Shown piece after piece: positions 55,512 to 64,000 of a stretch of 64,000 nucleotides of DNA; positions within the stretch are counted from its first letter, which is position 1, and every line of letters starts with the position of its first letter. This DNA comes from Gammaproteobacteria bacterium (GTDB lineage: Bacteria; Pseudomonadota; Gammaproteobacteria; Ga0077536): positions 2,112,001-2,176,000 of the forward strand of contig CAXXLL010000003.1 in NCBI GenBank assembly GCA_963662545.2. The letters are read 5' to 3'. The position numbers and the translations under genes are program-made. The notes below the pieces were generated by a model. That model did not search any database. It saw only the letters and a program-made list of their open reading frames with translations, and was not told the DNA's origin.

Positions 55512-55930
55512 GGCTTGTCTCCTCTTTCGTTGATAATGGCCGCGGCGCACGCCTACCAGAGCGCCTATCCGCTCACGGACCGGCGCCCGCCGCTGAAAGG
55601 TTGTTGCCCTGAACAGCGGACATCTGCCTCGAGCGGATCAGGCACGACGCACTCTACGCCGAGGGGGAAACTGACGATTAGGTTCCGCAGCACGCTCACA
55701 GGTTCCGGAGCATCTCGTCCTGCTCGCGGCGCTGCTGCTCGGGAAGTTCCTGGTCCAGCGTGCCCTGCCTTTCGATCTCCCTGTCGACATAGGTGCTCCA
55801 CTGCCGCGCAGCCTTGGCGCTACGCTTGTCGGCCCCTTCGCTGTCGCCGGGCAGGTCGGCGGCTGAAGGGCCCCATACCCTCAGCGCCGTAACGCGCCGC
55901 GGCCATCGAGCGCGGATCTTCGACCCGCAC

Positions 55931-56332
55931 TCAATCGAGCAGCGCGATGCACTCGATCTCGAGCATCAGCTCCGGCGCGGCCAGGCGGGTGCAGCCAATC
56001 CAGGTCGAGGCCGGCGGCGCCGACGCCGCTTCCTCGTAGAACCGGGTGCGAATGTCGTTGTTCGCTTCCAGCGCCTCAATGTCGGTGGTGAAGACGGTTT
56101 CCTTGATCACGTTCTGCAAGGTCGCGCCGTTCGCCTCGAGCGTTTCCTTGAGATCGGTGTAGACCTGCGTGACCTGTGCCTTCATGTCGCCCTCGCCGAT
56201 GATGTTCCCCTCGGCGTCCCAGCTGACGGAGCCCGAGATGAACAACATGTTGCCGGCCTTGCACGCCTGCGCATAGAAGAAGCCTTTCTCGAGGTCGGGG
56301 CGCTTGTGATAGATCTGTTTGGCCTTGGGCAT
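55931..56332 (-). CDS. RidA/YjgF family protein
   Basis: YAQA, FISG, R..F....PAST, IEIE-like C-terminus. Confidence 0.9.
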   Translation of the reverse strand: MPKAKQIYHKRPDLEKGFFYAQACKAGNMLFISGSVSWDAEGNIIGEGDMKAQVTQVYTDLKETLEANGATLQNVIKETVFTTDIEALEANNDIRTRFYEEAASAPPASTWIGCTRLAAPELMLEIECIALLD

Positions 56333-56383
56333 GGTGGTTCCTCCGAATTATCGTTCTCTGTTTAAGTTTAACGGATCGGCACG

Positions 56384-56410
56384 CCGGGCGGAGTCGGTGA
56401 CTCCGCCCGG
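56384..56410. terminator. Perfect 12-bp stem-loop after the TonB receptor gene (terminator or mRNA stabiliser)
   Basis: CCGGGCGGAGTC-GGT-GACTCCGCCCGG. Confidence 0.55.
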
Positions 56411-56455
56411 ACGCATTGAGAGTTTACACATATTGGCGGCTCGCGCCGCGCTTGA

Positions 56456-58900
56456 CTAGAAGTTGACGCGCACGGTTCCGTAGAACCACCTCGGTCGATC
56501 GAAGAAGCGCTGGATGCTGCCGAAGTCCCCTCCGACATCGAAGATCTGTGTGGAGTAGAACTGATCGGCGATATTCTTGATCGCAAACGCCGCCTCCCAG
56601 CGGCCGTCTTCGCTGGCGTAGCTGACGCGCGTGTTGCCGATAACGTATGCCGACTGCACGCCCGCGGGTGCGTTGGTCAGGAGGAAGTTGAATTCGGTCC
56701 GGTAGTTGAAGTCCGCCTGCAAGGCGAAGCGGCCGGCAAAGAACGTGTTTTTGAACACTGGCTGGAACTGGTAGCGCACCAGGCCGTTGACGGTCCACAT
56801 CGGCGACTTCGGGATTGTGCGTTCAAACGGGTTGGAGGGGAACCCGGCCCCTGTGTTGGCGAAATCGAGATCAAAGACCTTCGTTTGCAAGTACGAGACG
56901 CCGCCCACGAAATCCAGGCCGCGCCACGGCGAGCCCTGGAACTCGAGTTCGGCCCCGTAGACTTGGGCGTCTTTGTTGAGCACTAACTGCGACAGTCCCT
57001 CGAAGATAAAGGCTTGAAACTTTTCGTAGTCGTAGTAGAACATGGCCCCATTCAAGCGTATCCTGTTTTCGTAGGCGCTCAGCTTGAAGCCGAGTTCGTA
57101 GGCTTTGAGGACCTCTTCATCGAATGGAACATTCTCGGGCCTTATGGTGTCGGCTGCGAGCGCCGCATTGAAGCCACCGCCCTTGACGCCGCGGTTCCAA
57201 GTGAAATACGCCAGCAGGTCGTCGTTGACGTCCCATTCGAGCCCGATTTTGGCCGACCACAGGCCCTTATTGTAGTTGGCGAGCGTGCCGGCCGAGTCTT
57301 CGCTGAAGACGTACAAGACCGCGCCGATTTCCTGGGTGTGCAAGCGATCTTTTTGGCCCGGGATCCGCTCGTCCCACACGGCGAGATGATGCTGCATGTT
57401 GTAGTCTTTCTGCTCCTCGATCCAACGGAAGCCCGTGATCAGCGTAAAGTCAGGGCGCAGGTCGAATTCGGTCTGAAAAAAGACTGAATACGAATCCGTA
57501 TTCTGTTCCCAGGAAGTTTGCAAGACGAGGGTGCCTTCCGGATGCGACGTGGGCTGGGGGCCGCAGGTGTTGATTAAATCGGGGAAATTGGCTCCGAAGC
57601 ACGGAACGAGGGTACCCGCGGGACCGATCAGCCCATCGGCCGGTATAACGCCGCCGTCGAATACAGCGTGATCGACCGTGAAACCGGTGCCGTACTCGCC
57701 ACGGATTTTCAGGTAGTAGAGACCCGCCACCCAGCGAAAGTTCTCCATTTCCCCGTTGAAGCGGATCTCCTGCGTGAACTGCTCGGCGTTGTTATCGAGG
57801 AAAAAATTCAAAGCAGTGAGCGGCCCGTTTTCGCTGTCTTCCTGATACGTCTTGTCGGTGTGGGCATAGTCGGTGATGGAGACGAAGTCGAACCTGTCGA
57901 AAGACCATTCCAGGCGGGCGCCGCCGCCCCACGTGTGCAGGTCGGCGAACCCGATGACGTCGTGGCTGAGCGTGAGGGGGTCGTCGTCTGGCTCTTTATG
58001 ACCGAGATGATCGCAGCCGGGGCATATGATCGCGCCCGGCGGCGAGGCACTGTGGAGTACGGTGTCTCCCCGTCTGAAGCCGAAACCGTTGGCCGGATTT
58101 TGGTCGCCCGGTATGGTGTCGGCGGCACCGTCGACGACCTCGCTGTACGCGCCCCGGCCGTTGACGAGGAGGCTCACGTCATCGTTGACCTCGAACAGGA
58201 CCTGCCCGCGGAACGCAGCTGCGTTATCGTCGAACTGGTCCGGCCCGACGCGGTTTTCGGCATAGGGGTCGTGCCAATTCCCCGAGCCCGAGAAGCGGGC
58301 GGATACCTGCTTGGTAAGAGGGCCGCCGATCGCGAACTCGACACCCTTGTTATCGTACGAACCGTATTTGGCTTGGACGTACCCATCGAATTCCTGCGAC
58401 GGCTTATTGGTGACGAACGACACCGTACCGCCGGTCGCGTTACGGCCGTACAGCGTGCCCTGCGGTCCGCGCAGTATTTCGACGCGCTCCAGATCGAACA
58501 GCTGGAAACCGGCGCCGGAGGACTGACTGATATACGCCTCGTCGATATAGATCGACACCGGGTGCTCCTGGTGATCGGCGAAATCGGTCTGGATGACGCC
58601 GCGGATGGCAACACCGTATGACGCGCGGGAGTTGGGCTGCACGAGCTGCACGCCCGGCGCCATGTCGAACACCATCGTTGACCGTTCATAGCCGAGTGCG
58701 TTGATCTGATCGCCCGACATCGCGGTGACCGCGATGCCGATGTCCTGGACGTTCTGCTCGCGTTTCTGCGCGGTGACGACGACCTCTTCCATATACACTT
58801 GCGCGCCGGCGTTCATGCCGGTGAGGAAAACGGCTGCTGCGACGATTGAAATTAAAGTTATTGAACGCGAACGGGCTCGCTCGGATGACGGCTGATGCAT
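56456..58900 (-). CDS. TonB-dependent receptor
   Basis: EEVVVTAQKRE, ERVEILRGPQGTLYG, C-terminal F. Confidence 0.95.
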   Translation of the reverse strand: MHQPSSERARSRSITLISIVAAAVFLTGMNAGAQVYMEEVVVTAQKREQNVQDIGIAVTAMSGDQINALGYERSTMVFDMAPGVQLVQPNSRASYGVAIRGVIQTDFADHQEHPVSIYIDEAYISQSSGAGFQLFDLERVEILRGPQGTLYGRNATGGTVSFVTNKPSQEFDGYVQAKYGSYDNKGVEFAIGGPLTKQVSARFSGSGNWHDPYAENRVGPDQFDDNAAAFRGQVLFEVNDDVSLLVNGRGAYSEVVDGAADTIPGDQNPANGFGFRRGDTVLHSASPPGAIICPGCDHLGHKEPDDDPLTLSHDVIGFADLHTWGGGARLEWSFDRFDFVSITDYAHTDKTYQEDSENGPLTALNFFLDNNAEQFTQEIRFNGEMENFRWVAGLYYLKIRGEYGTGFTVDHAVFDGGVIPADGLIGPAGTLVPCFGANFPDLINTCGPQPTSHPEGTLVLQTSWEQNTDSYSVFFQTEFDLRPDFTLITGFRWIEEQKDYNMQHHLAVWDERIPGQKDRLHTQEIGAVLYVFSEDSAGTLANYNKGLWSAKIGLEWDVNDDLLAYFTWNRGVKGGGFNAALAADTIRPENVPFDEEVLKAYELGFKLSAYENRIRLNGAMFYYDYEKFQAFIFEGLSQLVLNKDAQVYGAELEFQGSPWRGLDFVGGVSYLQTKVFDLDFANTGAGFPSNPFERTIPKSPMWTVNGLVRYQFQPVFKNTFFAGRFALQADFNYRTEFNFLLTNAPAGVQSAYVIGNTRVSYASEDGRWEAAFAIKNIADQFYSTQIFDVGGDFGSIQRFFDRPRWFYGTVRVNF

Positions 58901-59094
58901 GATTAGGCTCCCCCACCTATGTTGCTGAAACCCAACAGATCGGACGTTAAGTTTCTACTATTTACCGGAGCATAACATTGCCGATGTAGAAACGCACCAG
59001 AGATCGCACCTTTATTTTGCGTATGTGGCAGCACAACGACAACCGTCTTGACCTACGCCGACAGGATTGGTTCCTCCGCATTATCGTTCTCTCA

Positions 59095-59315
59095 TCTTCC
59101 ATCATCTGTGCAGCGGCATTCATGCCGGTCAGAAAAACCATTGCTGCAATGATTGAGATTAACGGTGCGAAACGCGCCCGCGTTCCCCGGAATGACGTGT
59201 GATGCATAGTCGGCTTCCCCCACCTATGTTGCTGGGACGCAACACAACCAACGTTAAAGTTCCGTTATCGGCTCAGCATAACGTTAATGCGTAAATGCGT
59301 ATCGAAATGCACCAG
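59095..59315 (-). repeat. Diverged tandem duplicate of the TonB receptor leader and signal-peptide region
   Basis: LISIIAAMVFLTGMNAAAQ vs LISIVAAAVFLTGMNAGAQ; shared CCCCCACCTATGTTGCTG. Confidence 0.75.
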
Positions 59316-59418
59316 GGATGGCCAGGCCTGGTGCGTTTGTGGCAGCGGAACAACATACGCCTTGACCTATGCCACCACGGCGTGAGGCAATAGCCCAATA
59401 ACCAAGGAGTTCAGCATC

Positions 59419-61263
59419 ATGCGCCAGCATGCGATCGCCACCCTTACCGCCTTTCTCGTACTCGCTACTACGGCCACTAGTGCCGCCGAAGGTACCGCTC
59501 CGGATCCAGCGGCCATCTACCAGGCGCGCTGTGCGATGTGTCACGACCTCGGGGTGGTCGCGCCGACTACCGACCAGATGGGACGCATGACGGTCGAAGA
59601 GATCGAGGCCTCGCTGTGGCACGGCACGATGCAGGAGCACGCCAACGGTTTGTCGCGCGGCGAACGCTTGATGATTTCGCGCATGCTCGCGTCGAAAGGG
59701 ACCGGTGAGAAGAAACGCGAGTCGGGTATAAAACGCTGCGCATCCAAAGACGCCAAACCGGCGGCACAAGGTGCCTGGCCCGGCTGGTCAGTCAATAACC
59801 GCTTCGCGCGCCACGTGGCCGACGCCAGCATGACGGCCGAGCGCGTCGCCGGCATCAAGCTGAAGTGGGCGCATACCATGCCCATCAGTACTGCGTTCTC
59901 GGGTTTAGGTAACTCGGTCGCGGTCAGGGATGGACGCGTTTATAGCGGCAGCATCAACCACTGGGTCTATGCGCTGGATGCCGAATCCGGTTGCGCCTAT
60001 TGGGCGTTCCGGGCCGAGGGCCGCGTGCGTTCGAACATGGCGCTCGAGGGCGACACCGTGGTGTTCGGCGATCTGATGGCGAATGTCTACGCGCTCGACG
60101 TGAACGACGGCTCCTTGCGTTGGCGCACGCGGATCGACTGGAGCCCGGGTGCGCGCATCACGGGTAATGTGACTGCGCACAAGGGCGTGGTCTACGCACC
60201 GGTATCGAGTCTCGAGGAAGTGCTGGTGATGAAATTGGACATCCCGTGCTGCCTGACCCGCGGCGCGGTCGTCGCGCTGGATATCAAGACCGGCCAGATC
60301 ATCTGGAAGACGTATACCATCGACCAGTACGCCGAATACCTGGGTCACAATAAGATGGGCATCGCGCGCTTCGGTCCGTCCGGCGTGCCGGTGTGGTCCG
60401 GCATCAGCGTCGACGACAAGCGTGGCGTGGTCTACGTCGGTAACGGTAACCAGTTCACCGAGCCGCGGGTGGAGGAATCGGACGCCGTCATGGCGCTCGA
60501 CATGCAGACGGGCAAGAAGCGCTGGGTGAAAGGACTCGCGCCGGAGCAGATGGGCGGGCAGGATATCTATCACCTGGCCTGCGAGGCCTGGTGGGATCCC
60601 GAGCGCAAGGGCTGTTCGCCCGAGAATCCCAAGGGCCAGGGCGACCGCGACATCGGCGCGCCGCCGATCCTCACGACCCGGCCTGACGGCAAGGACGTGA
60701 TAGTCGTCGGAACAAAAGACGGCATGCTCTACACCCTCGATCCCGACAACGACGGCGCGGTGATATGGAACATCCGCGTCGGCAAGGGTGGTGAAGCCGG
60801 CGGTATCGAGTACGGCGTCGCGTCCGACGGACGCTATGCCTTCGCACCGGTGGTCGACATGGACGTCGACTTGATTTCCAACGGCTCGCTGACTGCGGTC
60901 GATCTCATGACCGGCAAGTCGGTGTGGCGGGTCGAGAACATCGACGCCCGCTGCGAAGGTAAGAAGAAACCACCCTGCGGCACGGCGGTCAACACACCGC
61001 CGACGGTCGTCGGTGACGTGGTGTTCGTCGGTTTGATCGACGGGACCCTCCGCGCTTATGCGATCGACAGCGGCACCGAGGTCTGGGTTTACGACACCGT
61101 GCGCGATTACGAGGGCGTCAACGGATTGAAGGGTCGTGGCGGATCGCTCGGCAACGGGGGGCCCGTGGTGGCCGGCGACCGGTTGTATATCAACAGCGGT
61201 TTCAACATCTTCAACGTCGGGATGACGGGGAACGTGTTGCTATCGTTCGAAATTCCGCGTTGA
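59419..61263 (+). CDS. PQQ-dependent dehydrogenase with N-terminal cytochrome c (PVA dehydrogenase-like)
   Basis: Signal peptide; CAMCH; vicinal CC; repeated AxDxxTG..xW propeller motifs. Confidence 0.9.
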   Translation: MRQHAIATLTAFLVLATTATSAAEGTAPDPAAIYQARCAMCHDLGVVAPTTDQMGRMTVEEIEASLWHGTMQEHANGLSRGERLMISRMLASKGTGEKKRESGIKRCASKDAKPAAQGAWPGWSVNNRFARHVADASMTAERVAGIKLKWAHTMPISTAFSGLGNSVAVRDGRVYSGSINHWVYALDAESGCAYWAFRAEGRVRSNMALEGDTVVFGDLMANVYALDVNDGSLRWRTRIDWSPGARITGNVTAHKGVVYAPVSSLEEVLVMKLDIPCCLTRGAVVALDIKTGQIIWKTYTIDQYAEYLGHNKMGIARFGPSGVPVWSGISVDDKRGVVYVGNGNQFTEPRVEESDAVMALDMQTGKKRWVKGLAPEQMGGQDIYHLACEAWWDPERKGCSPENPKGQGDRDIGAPPILTTRPDGKDVIVVGTKDGMLYTLDPDNDGAVIWNIRVGKGGEAGGIEYGVASDGRYAFAPVVDMDVDLISNGSLTAVDLMTGKSVWRVENIDARCEGKKKPPCGTAVNTPPTVVGDVVFVGLIDGTLRAYAIDSGTEVWVYDTVRDYEGVNGLKGRGGSLGNGGPVVAGDRLYINSGFNIFNVGMTGNVLLSFEIPR

Positions 61264-61269
61264 TAGAGT

Positions 61270-62362
61270 CTATGGACGGCTCATAGGTTAGTTCTTAAGC
61301 GGCCGCATGAACATGGTGGAGGCCGAGTTTGAGTCGTCCCGAAATGCAATCGCGGCCAGGTTTTGCGCGCTGAGCGTTGCTGGCCAAATAGCGCAACGCG
61401 CGTTCGAGCGGTCGGTGTAAAGCGCGGGGCCGATGGATAAGCGTATGGAGAATGGGACCGAGCACGTGATGAATGCACTTGGCCGCGGTATGAGTCGAGA
61501 TGGCGACGTTCAACCAGCGCTCGGTGACATGAGCGCAATAGCGCTGCAGCGTTGCGGCGCATAGTGCGGCCCAGATAAGCCCTTCGGCGATGTGCGGGTT
61601 GGCGGTATCAAAGGCGTGTAGATTGGCGTAAGACTTCCACTCTTTGAAGAGCAGTTCTACCTGCCAGCGCAAGCGATACGCGTCGCTGACATGCTCGGGG
61701 GTAAAGGTGGCGGCGTCGAGATTGGTGATGAGATAACGAGGCGCTGTGCCTTTGAGGTTGGGGTGCACGACTAAACGACAGGTCCAAGGTTCCTGCACGC
61801 CGTCGAATTGCACGACCATGTCGAGGCAGTCGAAACGCTTTAACGTCGATGCCACCGCTTTCAAGCGTTGATTCTCAAAGCGTTTAACCCGCCGCCCATG
61901 GGTCTGACGAGCGCACAGGATCAGCGGATTGATGCCCTGACCCGCGCGCACGATGAAATGGCCGCCGGCGGTGTCGAGCGCTTCAAAGTAAGGCCGTGCG
62001 AAGTAGCCACGGTCGGCCAGCAACAAACCGCCAGCGACCTCTTCAACCGCCGGCAAGAACTGCCGCTCTGCTGAGCTGTCAGGGCTGAGTACGACCTCGT
62101 TCAGGGTCTCACTGAGCAGGTCGAGATCGGCATGGAGTTCCACCGCGGCGGGACTCACGGTCGTGAAGCGACCGGGAAAGCTGTCCTTCAGCGCCGGTTT
62201 TAACGCAAACGAGGTGCCGTCCTGGATGCGGATGTGGTCAAACTGCGCAAATGGGCTGTTGGGTTCGAATCGGAGGACATCGCAGGCCAGGCCATTGAGC
62301 AATTCGCTCAGCAGCGCTTGCATAAACATCGGAAACTGCTTTTTAGCGAGCTGATTATGAAT
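61270..62362 (-). mobile_element. IS4-family element, 5'-truncated
   Basis: QDGT, LADRGY, YRLRWQVELLFKEWKS (YREK). Confidence 0.9.
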
Positions 62363-62545
62363 CAGTTATATAAACATTTCCCGTCATCTATCTCAATCCA
62401 TCTGGTTCAATAACCGGTTAATTATTAGATAGATTAAATCTACTTACCTCCACTTGCATCAAGGGCGTTCGACGGGTATCTTGGCGCTGGGGTGACATAG
62501 TGGTGATGTAAATAGACGGTGTCACTCCTTAACCAGGAGGACGCC

Positions 62546-63709
62546 ATGCTGAGCGAACTTAAGATCCGGAATGCCCGACCCGAGACTAAGACCCGCATCC
62601 TGTGGGACCAGCAGGTGAAGGGCTTAGGCGTCCGCATCACGCCGAAGGGCACCAAAGCCTATGTGCTCGACTATCGCATGAACGGCCGCCGCCATCGTGT
62701 GGTGCTGGCGCGAACGACCGAGATCTCCTTGGAAGAAATCCGCAAGCGCGCCGGTGCCGAGCGGGTCCGGATCCGCGCCGGCGAGGGCGATCTGCTGACG
62801 CGGCGGCGCGAAGCGCGTGCGTCACCCACGGTGACCGAGGGATTGGAGCGGTTCTTCGCCGAATATGTGCCGACGCGGCTGGCAGCGGGCCGCATGGCTC
62901 AGGGCACGGTGGACGGCTATCGCCGACAAGCCGCCCGTCACCTGCGGCCTGCCCTCGGCCGGCGGCGGATCGCCGACGTCACGCGCCACGACATCGAGCG
63001 CATGGTGGCGCCGCTCGCGACGGCCGCCCCGGTGCAACGCAACCGCGTGCTGGCGTTCACGAGCCGGCTGTTCAGGTTGTTCGAAGATTGGGAGTTGCGC
63101 CCGCAGCACACGAACCCTACGCGGGGTATCGAGCGGGCGCGTGAGGAAGCGCGTGACCGGGTGCTCACGCCGTCGGAGATGAAGGCACTCGGTGCGGCGC
63201 TGGCACGCGCGGAGAAGGACAAGCCCGCGGCCGTGGCGGCGATCCGGTTGGCGGCCCTGACGGGCCTGCGCATTGGCGAGGTGCTGGCGATGCGCTGGGA
63301 GCACGTGGACGCTGAGCACAAAGCCGTGGTGCTGCCCCACACGAAGACCGGGCGGCGCGTGCACGGCCTGCCCACGGCGGCGCTCGAGCTGCTCGCGGGC
63401 AGGCCGCGCATCAACGGCTACGTGTTCACCACCGGGCGTGACGCGGCCATTACGTATCAGACGGTCCACGCCGCCTTTGTAGCCCTGGCGCGCGAGGCCA
63501 GCCTGTCGGATGTACGCCTGCACGACCTGCGCCGCACAGTGATGACGAGCGCGGCGCGAGCGGGGGTCGGCACCCATGTACTACGCGACCTGCTCGGGCA
63601 CAAGACTACGGCGATGGCCGACCGCTACATCCGGCATGCCGGTGCGGCGGTTCACGAGGCCCAGGAGCACATCGGTGCGGCCATCGATGCGCAGCTGCGG
63701 GGCGTGTGA
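62546..63709 (+). CDS. Tyrosine integrase of a second integrative element
   Basis: WD..VKGLGVRI, TGLRIGE, HDLRRT, LLGH...Y; AGGAGG RBS. Confidence 0.95.
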   Translation: MLSELKIRNARPETKTRILWDQQVKGLGVRITPKGTKAYVLDYRMNGRRHRVVLARTTEISLEEIRKRAGAERVRIRAGEGDLLTRRREARASPTVTEGLERFFAEYVPTRLAAGRMAQGTVDGYRRQAARHLRPALGRRRIADVTRHDIERMVAPLATAAPVQRNRVLAFTSRLFRLFEDWELRPQHTNPTRGIERAREEARDRVLTPSEMKALGAALARAEKDKPAAVAAIRLAALTGLRIGEVLAMRWEHVDAEHKAVVLPHTKTGRRVHGLPTAALELLAGRPRINGYVFTTGRDAAITYQTVHAAFVALAREASLSDVRLHDLRRTVMTSAARAGVGTHVLRDLLGHKTTAMADRYIRHAGAAVHEAQEHIGAAIDAQLRGV

Positions 63710-63740
63710 CGGCGCCCGATACACGACGGAGAACCATTCG

Positions 63741-64000
63741 ATGAGTGAAACGGAGAACAGTCCCGAGCCGACCGAACCGTGTCCACAGTGCGGTTTGCCA
63801 GGCACGGCACCGAGGAACCCGCCGATGAGCGTGGAGGTCGGCGTCTGCTCGGCGTGTGGGCAGGCCCCGCTGGCGGCGGATGTTCAATCCCTCTACGGCC
63901 CGGACACAAATCCGGGCGAACATCGAAGGAAGCTTACCGAGTACCGGTCGGAACTGGCAAGGCTCCAAGAGCGCCTGAGAGAGGAGGGTCTGTCCCCATC
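63741..64000 (+). CDS. Hypothetical Zn-finger protein running off the window end
   Basis: GGAG RBS; CPQC...CSAC; frame open to the end. Confidence 0.45.
   Translation, partial: MSETENSPEPTEPCPQCGLPGTAPRNPPMSVEVGVCSACGQAPLAADVQSLYGPDTNPGEHRRKLTEYRSELARLQERLREEGLSP

Noticed and set aside
58965-58990. Sigma-54 promoter for the TonB receptor
   Set aside because: GG-to-GC spacing is 9 nt rather than 10, and it is not kept in the duplicate leader.
1-64000. CRISPR array, rRNA, tRNA
   Set aside because: No regularly spaced repeats or RNA-gene signatures found by eye; tRNAscan-SE and a CRISPR finder would confirm.

Overview
Proteobacterial-type DNA (about 60% GC, judged by eye), very rich in insertion sequences (IS) and pseudogenes. 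Left flank (1-11.2 kb): metabolic genes, including a selenocysteine peroxiredoxin with a UGA codon and SECIS-like hairpin, and coxG. Centre: a ~40.5-kb integrative island (11173-51745) inserted into the last codons of coxG, separating it from coxS-coxM, with 19-bp attL/attR visible. The island has a phage-satellite-like core (P4-type integrase, AlpA, primase-helicase with two inverted 42-bp palindromic ori-like elements, HGGxSTG protein). Its defence-type cargo is partly decayed: DUF4238 x2, a type VI retron-like locus (structured ncRNA, small protein, HTH, RT cut off by IS21), an IS1595 carrying a Dam-family MTase plus PD-(D/E)XK nuclease, a fused R-M-S enzyme and GmrSD. It also holds soxCD inside nested inverted IS pairs, and IS3/6/21/66/481/630/1595/NCY copies. 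Right flank: coxS-coxM, two related MITE-like elements, a neuC relic, a TonB receptor-Rid-VOC cluster divergent from a PQQ/cytochrome c dehydrogenase, and a second integrative element inserted in an IS4 transposase. No rRNA, tRNA or CRISPR array was seen. All family calls come from motif recognition by eye; no searches were run.
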